IMG/VR virus record: IMGVR_UViG_3300014208_000002
Location: 136,727 to 200,726 of that record
Strand: one strand, 5' to 3'
Source: a virus
Taxonomy: Duplodnaviria > Caudoviricetes
Length of the DNA stretch: 64,000 nucleotides
Each line of letters starts with the position of its first letter. Position 1 is the stretch's first letter. The position numbers and the translations under genes were made by a program. Shown here in pieces: positions 8,887 through 18,863 of this stretch. A model generated the notes under the pieces. That model did no database searches and was not told the origin of the DNA. It saw only the letters and a program-made list of their open reading frames with translations.

Positions 8887-10929
8887 ATGAATATAAAAAC
8901 TGAAAATGACAAAAGTTTAATTATAGATGCCCTTGAAGGCGATGAATCTATTTTTCTTCGGGATGATTTTAAAGGAATAACTGGAGAAGAAGTTCGTTCA
9001 GCAGTAAGAGCGATTGTAAATAACCCCAGTCTCAATGAATCACAAAAAAACTATTTTCTTAAAAACTCGTGGAGGATATTATACTCTTCCCGTCCTCCAT
9101 CCATAGAGGAATTTCTTACTCCTGAATGGATAGGTCCGACCGCTAATACTATTTTCCCCCACATAAGAAAAATTCTAACAGAGTTTTTTAATCCCTTTTC
9201 TGATAAGCGGCACTTAATTCTTGCAACAGGAATTGGAACCGGAAAGTCTTTCGCTACAGCAATTGCTTCCTTGTACATCCTCACAAATGTAATTTTAATG
9301 AAAAACGCCAAGCAATTTTTTAATCTATCTCAGGCCGCAAGTATCGTAGGTCTGTTCGTTTCATTCTCTATGAAAAAAGCAAAGCAATTACTCGCCGCCC
9401 CTTTTCATCAGATTCTTACTTCCTCTCCAAAATTCGTCCGAGTGAAAATGCAAGAGCGCATTGAACCAAAACAAAAAGAAATTGGATATGATAAAATTGT
9501 TTGGTCATCTGCTTCTAAGATGGAAGGTATTGCAGAATTTTCAAATGATGTTCACTTACTTTTAGCCTCTGACCCTGCCAACCTATTAGGATTAAACTTA
9601 CTTTTTTGTGCTATGTCAGAACTATCATTCTTTATTGATCGTGGTGTAAATCCTGAAGAAATATGGCGAATTTATAATGATGCAAAAGGTCGTATATTCT
9701 CTCGTTTCTCAAATCGTTATTTTGCTACTACTATTATGGATAGCTCCCCTAACGATATTGACCTCCCTATTGATAAGTATGTTTTCACCGGTGAAGCATA
9801 TAAAGACCCTCTAAACTATATAGTTACTGGTCCTCATTGGGATTATCTTCCAAAAAAGTATGAAATATGGAATAAAACGAAAGAGACTTTTCCTATATTT
9901 AGGGGAAACTCAATGAAGTTACCCAAAATTTTATCAGAAGATGAACTTCCTAACTATTCTCCAGAAGATATTATTCAAGTCCCAATAGATGTAAAAAGTT
10001 TATTTGTAAATGATATACAAAAATCTACAAAAGACTATGCTGGCTGGCCCGCTGGTGGAAATAATAAATTGATTGAAGAACCAGCTATTATTGAAGAAAT
10101 GTTTGTGGATAATCTAATCAATATTGAAACTTATATTTTTGCTCCCGCTGATAAATCTCCAGAAAGACTTATTTGGGACCAGATAAAAGACATATTCTTT
10201 GTTTTGATTGACAAGAAATACTATTTTTATCGCTATTCTAATCTTCCTCGCTATCTTCATTTTGACTTATCTGAAACTGGAGACTTGACAGCGGTAAGTG
10301 CTTGTCATCTTGAATGTCTTCGTGGAGAAAATATTGTTGTTGTAGATTTTACAATTGTTATTTCTCCTGGAAAAGGGAGAATAAATTTAGATGCAATTTA
10401 TGAATTCGTTCTTGATCTTACAAGGGAAGGACATTTGAATATAGCAAAAGTAACAGGCGACCGATATCAATCCTCTGCTCTTATTCAGAGACTAAAGAGA
10501 GATGGATATGAATCAGAAAATGTTTCTGTTGATATGGACACCGCTCCTTACTATATGCTTGCCAGCTTTATTAAAACAAAAAGAATTAAAGTAGGGAGAA
10601 ATCTTATTCTTCGTGGAAATCTTCGTTCTTTAATTGAAACAAAAACTGAAAAAGGAAAAAAGAAAATAGATCACATGCTTGGCCCTGTTTCTTATGATTT
10701 ATCTAATATAAACTGGAATACAAGTATCTTGGGAGTCAATGGAAAGGACTGTTCAGATGCAGTTTGTGGCGCATTTTTTACTTGCATGAATGAGTCTCAG
10801 GGTGTACCATCAGCAGTATGGGACGAAGCCACTGAACGCACTGTAGGAAATAAGCGTCTTGGAAAAGAACTTATGTTAAATAAGATAAAAAATGTTTATG
10901 GGTTGAATGTAATGAAAGTTAGTGGTTGA
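8887..10929 (+). CDS. terL: Terminase large subunit
   Basis: Walker A ILATGIGTGKS, Walker B region AMSE, RNase H-like nuclease acidic residues (HFDLSETGD, GDRYQS, KDCSDA). Confidence 0.85.
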   Translation: MNIKTENDKSLIIDALEGDESIFLRDDFKGITGEEVRSAVRAIVNNPSLNESQKNYFLKNSWRILYSSRPPSIEEFLTPEWIGPTANTIFPHIRKILTEFFNPFSDKRHLILATGIGTGKSFATAIASLYILTNVILMKNAKQFFNLSQAASIVGLFVSFSMKKAKQLLAAPFHQILTSSPKFVRVKMQERIEPKQKEIGYDKIVWSSASKMEGIAEFSNDVHLLLASDPANLLGLNLLFCAMSELSFFIDRGVNPEEIWRIYNDAKGRIFSRFSNRYFATTIMDSSPNDIDLPIDKYVFTGEAYKDPLNYIVTGPHWDYLPKKYEIWNKTKETFPIFRGNSMKLPKILSEDELPNYSPEDIIQVPIDVKSLFVNDIQKSTKDYAGWPAGGNNKLIEEPAIIEEMFVDNLINIETYIFAPADKSPERLIWDQIKDIFFVLIDKKYYFYRYSNLPRYLHFDLSETGDLTAVSACHLECLRGENIVVVDFTIVISPGKGRINLDAIYEFVLDLTREGHLNIAKVTGDRYQSSALIQRLKRDGYESENVSVDMDTAPYYMLASFIKTKRIKVGRNLILRGNLRSLIETKTEKGKKKIDHMLGPVSYDLSNINWNTSILGVNGKDCSDAVCGAFFTCMNESQGVPSAVWDEATERTVGNKRLGKELMLNKIKNVYGLNVMKVSG

Positions 10930-10954
10930 ACTTTTAAGAGTTTTCAGGTATAAT
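10926..10954 (+). promoter_or_regulatory. Sigma70-like promoter
   Basis: TTGAAC-17 bp-TATAAT. Confidence 0.6.
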
Positions 10955-10977
10955 TATATACACAAGGAGAAAATAAG

Positions 10978-11148
10978 GTGATCCGAGACGAAGAATATGA
11001 TGGTTTTTATGCGGCAGAAAAGTTTAATCTTTCCAGCAACACATTTAATAATTTGTTGGATGAATTAGATGAAAAAAAAGATTTAGAAGAGGTTAAAGAA
11101 GACCTAAACTCTTCTGATATAGAGATTTACACCTACGAGGTAAAATAA
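10978..11148 (+). CDS. Small acidic hypothetical protein (below the ORF-track cutoff)
   Basis: AAGGAG RBS, GTG start, 56 aa, stop overlaps the next ATG. Confidence 0.5.
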   Translation: MIRDEEYDGFYAAEKFNLSSNTFNNLLDELDEKKDLEEVKEDLNSSDIEIYTYEVK

Positions 11149-11753
11149 TGCCCTATTGGATTAAAAACATTCCATACTGCTTGAAAATGTTTTTTCAAAA
11201 ACTATTTCGAGCTAACCATATATCTGATAATGAAATATGGAGTATGTATTCTTATATTGTTAAAAATACTCTTCCCCGTCTTCAAGCTTTTAAGAAAGCT
11301 AAAAGAGTAAGTTTTCAAGTTACCAGTGAAAATTATGATTATGCTGGAGCCTATGAAGAGGAGCGACAAAAATTAGAAATTCAAAGGTGGGAAACTGTTT
11401 TAGAAAAAATACTTTTTGCTTTTGAGTTTACTTATCAGGAAAACTTTTCTGGTAGAAAAGCTAAAAGAATAGAAAAGAAAATAAAAGAAAAGTATGGTGA
11501 TTGGGATGCTAAAACCCCCGATAATAAAAGTTATCATTTTTGGAAAAGAAAAAATAATGAAATGTCAGAGTTAGTTTCTTCTCCTATTGAGCTTTCTAAA
11601 GAAGATATAGCAAGATATTCTAAAGAATATGGAAAAGATTGGGCGGAAAAAAATTGTTTCTATTATAATGTAGAGCTTCATAGCTCTTTACACACTATGG
11701 CTAATGAAGGTTTTGAGTTGTTTGGTAAATATTTTCAAGGGCTATGGGATTAG
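11148..11753 (+). CDS. Hypothetical phage protein
   Basis: C-terminal EGFELFGKYFQGLWD pattern recurrent in phage hypotheticals. Confidence 0.7.
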   Translation: MPYWIKNIPYCLKMFFQKLFRANHISDNEIWSMYSYIVKNTLPRLQAFKKAKRVSFQVTSENYDYAGAYEEERQKLEIQRWETVLEKILFAFEFTYQENFSGRKAKRIEKKIKEKYGDWDAKTPDNKSYHFWKRKNNEMSELVSSPIELSKEDIARYSKEYGKDWAEKNCFYYNVELHSSLHTMANEGFELFGKYFQGLWD

Positions 11754-11756
11754 TTT

Positions 11757-11990
11757 GTGGAGCAAGAAATTTGTAGTACTCTAAACACCCTTTTTCCTCC
11801 TAATCGGGCACTCATTCGGATAGAAAAAGATAATCGTAAATTATATTTAAACGGATACTATACTAATATAGAATGGTGTGATCCAAGAGTAATGGACCCT
11901 AATACTCCAGAAAATGAAGCCAGAGATATTTTAATTAAGATGATTGTGCGCTTACTTACTCCAAATATGACTACTGAAAAAGGAACTTAA
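11757..11990 (+). CDS. Hypothetical protein
   Basis: Tightly packed ORF. Confidence 0.55.
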   Translation: MEQEICSTLNTLFPPNRALIRIEKDNRKLYLNGYYTNIEWCDPRVMDPNTPENEARDILIKMIVRLLTPNMTTEKGT

Positions 11991-12013
11991 ATGATTTATT
12001 AAAAGGTTGTATT

Positions 12014-12445
12014 ATGGAAGAAATTAAAAACGAAATAGTTAGTAGTCAAAAAATAAAAATAGGCTATCAAGAGTATACCATAGAACACCGACTTAATAAA
12101 ATTATGGAAGGTAAGGATGAGTGTGAAGGCTTATATATTCCTATGGAGGCAAAGATTTTAATTGCTAGTTCTTTAGTTGGTGACGAAAAAGTTCAAACAA
12201 TATTTCATGAAATTCTTCATGCCATGTCAGCAATATATCATATTGATTTATCAGAAAGACAAGTAGACCAAATAGCAACAGCTTTTGTAATTATGATGAG
12301 AGATAATCCTAATTTTTTAGAAAAATTATTCTCTCAAGGAGGATTAGATGGAAGAGAACACAGCACAGGACAATCTAAAGCTAAACGAAAAAGTAGTAAC
12401 TCAGGAAGAGTTCAACGCCCGAAAGGAACTGTTGGAAAAAAATAA
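12014..12445 (+). CDS. ImmA/IrrE-like zincin metallopeptidase
   Basis: TIFHEILHA (HExxH) preceded by CEGLY...ILI. Confidence 0.65.
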   Translation: MEEIKNEIVSSQKIKIGYQEYTIEHRLNKIMEGKDECEGLYIPMEAKILIASSLVGDEKVQTIFHEILHAMSAIYHIDLSERQVDQIATAFVIMMRDNPNFLEKLFSQGGLDGREHSTGQSKAKRKSSNSGRVQRPKGTVGKK

Positions 12446-12503
12446 AGGGGTTACTGTTGTTGAAGTAAAGCCCGGAGAGTTCAAGTCTCGCCTTCAAGAT
12501 TGA
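12348..12503 (+). CDS. Small hypothetical protein (51 aa) overlapping the previous ORF's 3' end
   Basis: AAGGAGG RBS; MEENTAQDNLKLNEK...SRLQD. Confidence 0.5.
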   Translation: MEENTAQDNLKLNEKVVTQEEFNARKELLEKNKGVTVVEVKPGEFKSRLQD

Positions 12504-12528
12504 TACTTTACCCTTTTCTTGTTATACT
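12500..12528 (+). promoter_or_regulatory. Sigma70-like promoter
   Basis: TTGATA-17 bp-TATACT. Confidence 0.65.
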
Positions 12529-12548
12529 ATAAGGGAGAGAGGATATAA

Positions 12549-12890
12549 ATGAAACTCAATTCTAAGGAAGCCTACGAAAAAATACATTTACTTTCTGAGG
12601 TTGCTATTGAAGATGTAAAAGCAGTCTTTGAAGCTATATTAACTTCTTCTGTTTTAAACTATGCTGAAGGAGAAGCCACTTACCTTCCTGGCGTAGGAAA
12701 GCTTTCAATTCACTATGAAGGTGAGGAGTTTGTTAAAGAAGGAAAACAAGCCAAAATTTTTATTGAAATTGATCCAGATGATACTCTTAAAAAGAATATA
12801 GGACAAGTTGTTGACAAAGTTGAAACAGATGTTGAAAAGAAATACAAGTCAAAGATTAGAAGCATTTTAAATGAACTTTTGGTTAAATAA
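12549..12890 (+). CDS. HU/IHF-like DNA-binding protein
   Basis: Helix-helix then GEATYLPGVGKLSI, resembling the HU GxxVxLxGFGxF signature. Confidence 0.45.
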   Translation: MKLNSKEAYEKIHLLSEVAIEDVKAVFEAILTSSVLNYAEGEATYLPGVGKLSIHYEGEEFVKEGKQAKIFIEIDPDDTLKKNIGQVVDKVETDVEKKYKSKIRSILNELLVK

Positions 12891-12899
12891 GGATATATC

Positions 12900-13634
12900 T
12901 TGCTTAAATACATTGGGTGTAGAAAATGTAAAGGAGAAAAATATATTTACTCTCAAGATGACGGAGGGTATATTGCTACACCATGCGAATGTTGGAAAGA
13001 ATTTGTTTCTAAAAAGAATCTTGAAATAAAATTATTACAAGCAAATCTCTCTGATAAAGACCTTTTATATTCTATAGATACTTATGAAGGGATTAAATCA
13101 ATAGATAGTATAAATAATATAAAGCTCTATGTAGAAAAGTTTGAAGAAAAGTTTTGTCATAATAGTCTTTTTTTCTATGGTGGAATGTCTACCCAGAAAA
13201 CTACAGTAGCAAAATGGGTTGGAAAGGAGATTCTTCAAAAGAAATTAAAAGTTTATTATATTCTAATGAATGATTTAATCAAAGCCTATTTGAATATAGG
13301 ATTTGATTCTTCTAGTAATGAAGAGAACGAAGGAACAAAATTAGTTGATAAGATAAACTCCGTGGATTTACTTATTGTTGATGAATCTTTTTCAAAAGAT
13401 CGTAATACTATTTATAAATCTCGTTATCAAGTTCCTTTTATTGATTCCTTTCTGCGTACTCGTCTTGAAACAAAAAAGTTAGCAACTATATTTATATCCA
13501 ATGATCCAATATCTTCCATTGATGTAGAAGTTTATAATGAGTATATCCAAGAGCTTGTCAAAAGAAATTGCACCAGTTTAGAGTTCCAAGATAAAGTAGG
13601 ATCAACTCAAAATCCCGAGGATATTTTTAAATGA
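12900..13634 (+). CDS. DnaC/IstB-like helicase loader ATPase
   Basis: N-terminal CxxC...CxC, LFFYGGMSTQKTT (atypical Walker A), DLLIVDE; sits directly upstream of DnaB. Confidence 0.7.
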   Translation: MLKYIGCRKCKGEKYIYSQDDGGYIATPCECWKEFVSKKNLEIKLLQANLSDKDLLYSIDTYEGIKSIDSINNIKLYVEKFEEKFCHNSLFFYGGMSTQKTTVAKWVGKEILQKKLKVYYILMNDLIKAYLNIGFDSSSNEENEGTKLVDKINSVDLLIVDESFSKDRNTIYKSRYQVPFIDSFLRTRLETKKLATIFISNDPISSIDVEVYNEYIQELVKRNCTSLEFQDKVGSTQNPEDIFK

Positions 13635-15007
13635 GTAACCTTAATATAGCCTATGCTGAACATAGTATCCTATCCCATATTTTACATTATCCAAGTCAAT
13701 TATTACAGGTAGAAGATAAATTCTTTGTATCGGAGCCAGCCAAAATAATTTTTGGTGCAATAAAGACTCTTCTTGAAAATAATGTAGAAATAAATAATCA
13801 TAATATAGTTCTTGAAACTTCTCAAAAAGATGATAGTATTCGTGAAGACCACATTGAAAAAATAAGAAGCGTTGAAGCAGATGAAAATGCTTTTGATTTT
13901 CTATATAAAACATTACGAACAGCTAAGGCACAATATAATATCCAGAATGACTTAGCAGAAGGACTCCTTAAAGAATCTGCCCGAAAAGAAATAAATATTG
14001 AAAGGGTAAAAGAATTTCGGGATGCTTTAACTGAAAACTTGGAAGAGATAGAGGGAAAAGATAAAGTACTTATTGATACGAGGACTTGGTTAGATTTATA
14101 TGCCACTGATTTGAATAGAAGACGAAGCGGCTTATCTTTTTATTCCACTGGAGATGGTGAATTAGATTCTTTACTTACTACAGCGTTTGAACCTGGATAC
14201 TTTAATATACTTGCTGGACATTCTGGTATAGGCAAATCTTCTTTTGCACTTATGTTAAATAATAAGCAGTTGAATAGACAAATACCTTCTCTTCGTATTT
14301 CAAACGAAATGACAGCAATCTCTGATATGGATAGGCTTATTGCCCAACGAAATAGAATTCCTATTAGATTATTATATCCTCATCGTGGGGATGAAGAGGG
14401 TATCCCTGATCATATATTTCAAACGCTTGAACAAGAAAGAAATAAAATTGGAAAGGCAAAATTTTTCCGGTACGCATATCTCCCAAGTGGATCATTAGAT
14501 GATGTTGAAATGCTAATAAAAAAAGCAAAAGCAGAAATGGGTGTTAAATATATTGCTGTAACAATAGACCTTCTAACAAAGCTTGATGATTTTAGTGGGG
14601 ACAATAAGGCTTCACGCTATGAGGATAGTGTTAATAAGTTAGACACACTTGCAAAACGCACAAATAGTTCTATTCTTGGAATCGTACAACTCCGTAGACC
14701 CTCAGATAAGGTAATTGTAAAATGTGAAGAGGACTTGGAAAAGTTCCGACCTGAGATTCAGGAAATTAAAAATGCTGGTGCATTAGAGGAACGAGCAAGA
14801 ATTGTCATGACAATCTTTAGGAAAAGGTTTTGGGCAGAGAAGTATTTTAAATCCGATCCTTTACTCGCCCCTCTTTTAGAAATCATTGATAATGTAGCAG
14901 AAATTGACATTTTAAAGCAGAATCTGGGTTTTGTTGGGGTACAGTCTAAGTATCTTTTTGATGGAGAGTGTGCTTCTTTTGCTAATTATGTAGAAAATAA
15001 TGGTTGA
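13631..15007 (+). CDS. dnaB: DnaB-like replicative helicase
   Basis: AGHSGIGKSS Walker A, SNEM, VTIDLL, QLRR, IKNAGALEE. Confidence 0.85.
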   Translation: MSNLNIAYAEHSILSHILHYPSQLLQVEDKFFVSEPAKIIFGAIKTLLENNVEINNHNIVLETSQKDDSIREDHIEKIRSVEADENAFDFLYKTLRTAKAQYNIQNDLAEGLLKESARKEINIERVKEFRDALTENLEEIEGKDKVLIDTRTWLDLYATDLNRRRSGLSFYSTGDGELDSLLTTAFEPGYFNILAGHSGIGKSSFALMLNNKQLNRQIPSLRISNEMTAISDMDRLIAQRNRIPIRLLYPHRGDEEGIPDHIFQTLEQERNKIGKAKFFRYAYLPSGSLDDVEMLIKKAKAEMGVKYIAVTIDLLTKLDDFSGDNKASRYEDSVNKLDTLAKRTNSSILGIVQLRRPSDKVIVKCEEDLEKFRPEIQEIKNAGALEERARIVMTIFRKRFWAEKYFKSDPLLAPLLEIIDNVAEIDILKQNLGFVGVQSKYLFDGECASFANYVENNG

Positions 15008-15032
15008 CAATCTATCTTTTTTCTTTTATAGT
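15004..15032 (+). promoter_or_regulatory. Sigma70-like promoter
   Basis: TTGACA-17 bp-TATAGT. Confidence 0.7.
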
Positions 15033-15054
15033 ATAAATATAAGGGGGCCTAAAA

Positions 15055-15621
15055 ATGGGCAAAAGACAGAATGAAGAGTACATGCGAAGCTTGACTATCA
15101 GTCTTTCTCCTGCAAAGCTTTCCAGTTTTGCAGAAAGAGTGGTAGCCAAGTTGAATCCTTCCTTTCAACTTTCCAGCGATGTTCACTATGCATTCCAGCA
15201 TCGAAATAATAAAATAAGTGTAAAAGTATCTCGTGCTTTTTTTAGTAAGAAAAAGGATATAAGTAATTATCTTGACTATCTATCGGATTCTCTTGACTCT
15301 CGCTTGTATTCTCTAAAGGGAAAACAAAAAGACCTCTTGACTGGAAATTTCCTTTGCAACATTCAACAGATTAGGGAAAAGTTCACCGATGTTCTTTGGT
15401 ATGGCGTCTTCTTTGAGGAGGGGCTTTATCTTTTTAAATCACCGATTAAGAAATTGAAGATTGCCAGCAAGCATATCAATTTTATGAACTATCAGCATAT
15501 CGGGAGTAAAGACGAAGGACAATTTCATATAACCAGTAAGAATTTTTCTTATCACATTGAAAAAAATCTTACTAAAGTATTGACTTACGATGAACTATAC
15601 TCTCTGGCGGAGGCAATGTAA
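15055..15621 (+). CDS. Hypothetical protein, possibly restriction-endonuclease-like fold
   Basis: KISVKVSR...CNIQQIR pattern; weak. Confidence 0.45.
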   Translation: MGKRQNEEYMRSLTISLSPAKLSSFAERVVAKLNPSFQLSSDVHYAFQHRNNKISVKVSRAFFSKKKDISNYLDYLSDSLDSRLYSLKGKQKDLLTGNFLCNIQQIREKFTDVLWYGVFFEEGLYLFKSPIKKLKIASKHINFMNYQHIGSKDEGQFHITSKNFSYHIEKNLTKVLTYDELYSLAEAM

Positions 15622-15622
15622 A

Positions 15623-15781
15623 TTGAAACAAAAAGCTTTTCTCATAGCTGAAACTTTTGATATATCTAATCTTAATACCTATTTGGACTCCGGGTGGTAT
15701 GTAGCATCTACAACCGCCTTTATTGCTCCTGATAATGCTTCAGGGTCAGGACGGATTTTAGTTATTATACAAAAGGATTAA
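15623..15781 (+). CDS. Small hypothetical protein
   Basis: GGAGG RBS, TTG start. Confidence 0.45.
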   Translation: MKQKAFLIAETFDISNLNTYLDSGWYVASTTAFIAPDNASGSGRILVIIQKD

Positions 15782-15782
15782 A

Positions 15783-15965
15783 ATGAGTTTTAGAGAGAGA
15801 AAAGAGGAAAGAAAAAAATTTTATAAAGAATTTATTGAGGGATGGAAATTAAGAAAATGCTACGCTTGTAATGGGTCAGGATACTATGATAGGGGTGGGC
15901 GAAAGTGTTCAGCCTGTGAAGGTACAGGAAAAGAAAGATATAAATCTGATAAGGAAAAAGAATGA
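15783..15965 (+). CDS. Small DnaJ-type zinc-finger protein
   Basis: CYACNGSG and CSACEGTG (two CxxCxGxG). Confidence 0.65.
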   Translation: MSFRERKEERKKFYKEFIEGWKLRKCYACNGSGYYDRGGRKCSACEGTGKERYKSDKEKE

Positions 15966-16540
15966 AAGGAAAAAACTTCTCTGGAAACAATGCTTCGGGA
16001 AAGCGAAAGAAATCTGATTTCTATGAAACTCATTACAGTTTAACAAGACAAATTCTTGAAAGAGAAGATTTACCGGGAACTATTCTTGAACCGGCTTGTG
16101 GAAATAATGCTATTGTAAGTGTTCTATTAGAAAAGTATACTGGAATTACTCATTACGATTTATCTGGTGGAATGGACTTTCTAAAAGAATCAAATCCGTA
16201 TGATACTATTATTACAAACCCCCCATATTCTCTTGCGTTTGAATTTATTCAAAAAGCAAAGGAAGTAGCGAAACAAAAAATAATTATGCTCCTTCCTCTG
16301 TCCTACCTTCATGGAGTAGAGCGGTATAATAAGATATATCAGGATACTACTTTTCCTCTAAAGTGTGTTTATGTATTTACTCGCTATCCTCTATTTGGGG
16401 AGCCACTAAGACAAGATGGGAAATATTCTACGGGCATGATTGTTTTCGGATGGTTTTGCTGGGAAAAGGGATATGTAGGAGAACCAGCTATTCGTTGGAT
16501 AAATAATCAAGAATTTATTTTAAGCAAGAAGGATAAATAG
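15962..16540 (+). CDS. DNA adenine methyltransferase
   Basis: ILEPACG motif I and IITNPPY motif IV. Confidence 0.88.
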   Translation: MKGKNFSGNNASGKRKKSDFYETHYSLTRQILEREDLPGTILEPACGNNAIVSVLLEKYTGITHYDLSGGMDFLKESNPYDTIITNPPYSLAFEFIQKAKEVAKQKIIMLLPLSYLHGVERYNKIYQDTTFPLKCVYVFTRYPLFGEPLRQDGKYSTGMIVFGWFCWEKGYVGEPAIRWINNQEFILSKKDK

Positions 16541-16541
16541 C

Positions 16542-17448
16542 ATGGAAGAAGCAAGTGAATTGGAATATCTTACTTGGTTTGCGCTAAACGCTGATTTTGG
16601 GCCAGCAGATAGTGATGTTAAAATAAAGCTTCAATATTACTTTGAAAGAGAAACAGGTAAAAAGGTTCCGAAAACTTGGAAAATAGAGTAAAACTATTTT
16701 TAGAACTCAAAAAGGAGTCTAAATGAAATCATTATCAGAATTATCAAAGAGCGAACTTGAGAGTTTGATAACGAATAGTAATCTGAATGGAAAATCAATA
16801 AATATAAATGATCCCATTTTTGATTGCGCTACTTGTGGGGAAAAAGGCGCAAGCTACTATTATATTTGTGATATGTGTCAAGAAGTTGATACAATAAGTA
16901 ATAGACCAAAGTGTCGTGCGGAATTATTTTCGGCATTAGGAGAGACTAATCTACTAAAGACCTGTGAAGCGTACTTAGATGAATGTGAAAACAAAGAAAT
17001 AGATTCTGATACCGAGCATTTTATTTTTGAGGAAGTTATGGGTTTTATCTATGGTAAAGACATTTGGAGCTATGTCAACGGTTTAAAATAAAAAAGGAGA
17101 AATAATATGTATGGAACATTTATTTCAGTAGATGATATGAACAAGATTATTTTTGATAAAAGTCTTATGCATGTTCGTGGAGAAATGAAGGGAGAAATTT
17201 TTCATTGGACTCGGGTATATGCGGCATTAAAGGCTGTCAAGATAAATAAAGTATACCTTGTTATTCGTGATGAAGATGAAGGCATTTGCTATATGTATTT
17301 TAAGGATAATAACATCACTCAGTATTTTACTATTACTAATTTCAAGGTTGATATGTTTGACTTTATGAAGATAAACATTATGACCGATACTTTATTTGAT
17401 GAATTAGCTGTAAAAGCTAAAGTAGATTTATTGGAGAATAATGCATGA
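16542..17448 (+). CDS. Three small hypothetical genes (16542-16691, 16723-17091, 17107-17448)
   Basis: Each has an RBS or translational coupling; 16723 has CxxC pairs. Confidence 0.55.
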
Positions 17449-17595
17449 AAAATGATATAGTAATGGTTATATCTAAATCAGCATTACCATATATTCTTGA
17501 AGAATTGCTTGAAGAGGTGATTGAACATAAACTTCTTATTAGAGTAATGGAAGATTCAGATTTTATTCTTTTTTGTAATGAGGGAGAAAAAATAA

Positions 17596-18570
17596 GTGGA
17601 TAATCTCATTATCATAGGTGATCCTCATACCAGAGAGGAGAGTCCTTATAATATCGCAGTAGAAAAATTTACAGCCTGGATAGATAAACAACCGTGGAAT
17701 AATCCAAACAATGTTGGATTATTTCTTGGAGACATTTTTCATAAGTATATGCCTACTCCTCCTGAAAATGATTTAGCAATTCATTTATTCAAGGATTGTC
17801 TTCACTTTAAAAAAATTATTATTCTTTGCGGAAACCATGATCGGAAACGAGATATAAACGCTCTGGAAGTATTTAATTCTTTTAAAAATGTTCAAGTAAT
17901 CTATAAACCAACTATTGAAATGATAGAAAATATATCTTGTCTATTCCTTCCCCATTATGACCCTCATTATTATTCTGACTTGACTACTATGAAACAAGAT
18001 TATATTAAAGATGGCCTTGTTTCTAAATTTCCCGGAATAGATTCTGTTGAATATGTTTTTGGACATTTTTCTAACAGTAGTCTTTTTGGAGAAGAAATAG
18101 ATACTTCTTGGCTTCCTGCTAAAAAAGTTTTAGGTCATGTTCATGTAGCTTCTTTAGGAAAGGATTTCATTGGAACCCCCTATATTACCCGAAGTGATGA
18201 AAAAGGGCAGAAGGGCAGAGTTCTTTCAATAGACCTTTCTACTCAAAAAGAAGAATATATTCCCGTTCCAGTTTTTATGGACTATAAAACAATTAAGTAC
18301 GGGGAACGCCTTGAAAACTCCGATATAACTTATTTCTTAGATATTGAAGATGCGCCAGACGAAGATAGTGCAAAGGCTTTTTATGAAGGATCATATATTC
18401 ATAAAATTCGTGTAAAGGGAAAAGTAGAAAAAAAGGTATCAAATAAAGAAAACTCCTCGGAAAAAAAAGCTATAACAGAATATGTAGAAGAGTTTTTTAA
18501 GCTCCATTGTACTCATGTAGAAAAACTAAAATTACGAATAAGAGAACTTACTAATAAAAAGGAGGTATAA
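17596..18570 (+). CDS. Mre11/SbcD/T4 gp47-like metallophosphoesterase nuclease
   Basis: GDPH, GDIFH, GNHD, GH and GHVH phosphoesterase motifs. Confidence 0.82.
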   Translation: MDNLIIIGDPHTREESPYNIAVEKFTAWIDKQPWNNPNNVGLFLGDIFHKYMPTPPENDLAIHLFKDCLHFKKIIILCGNHDRKRDINALEVFNSFKNVQVIYKPTIEMIENISCLFLPHYDPHYYSDLTTMKQDYIKDGLVSKFPGIDSVEYVFGHFSNSSLFGEEIDTSWLPAKKVLGHVHVASLGKDFIGTPYITRSDEKGQKGRVLSIDLSTQKEEYIPVPVFMDYKTIKYGERLENSDITYFLDIEDAPDEDSAKAFYEGSYIHKIRVKGKVEKKVSNKENSSEKKAITEYVEEFFKLHCTHVEKLKLRIRELTNKKEV

Positions 18571-18572
18571 AT

Positions 18573-18812
18573 ATGTTCTACGCATATAAATGTGAAAGTG
18601 AAACTTGTGAAAATATATTTGAAATTGAGTTACCTTTAGCCGATGAAAAGCCTACGATAGTAGAGTGTCCTTTATGTAAGGGAGAAGCCCATAGGTATTG
18701 GAAAGGAAATGGGGTAGTTTTACCTGAAAATTTTCGTGCCGCAAATGGTGATCCCGGATGGACCTCCCGATATGGGAAGTTTCCTCCAGGAATAAAAGGA
18801 AAATATTTTTAA
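18573..18812 (+). CDS. FmdB-like zinc-ribbon protein
   Basis: YAYKCESETC...ECPLCK pattern. Confidence 0.7.
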   Translation: MFYAYKCESETCENIFEIELPLADEKPTIVECPLCKGEAHRYWKGNGVVLPENFRAANGDPGWTSRYGKFPPGIKGKYF

Positions 18813-18863
18813 ATATAAGAAGATTAGAAAGGAGGCGCTACTAATATAAAAGAGGTAGAATCA

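Noticed and set aside
12445-12500. GTTCAAGTC T-loop-like sequence suggesting a tRNA
   Set aside because: The T-stem has a mismatch, no acceptor or anticodon stems can be built, and it lies in the 51-aa ORF 12348-12503
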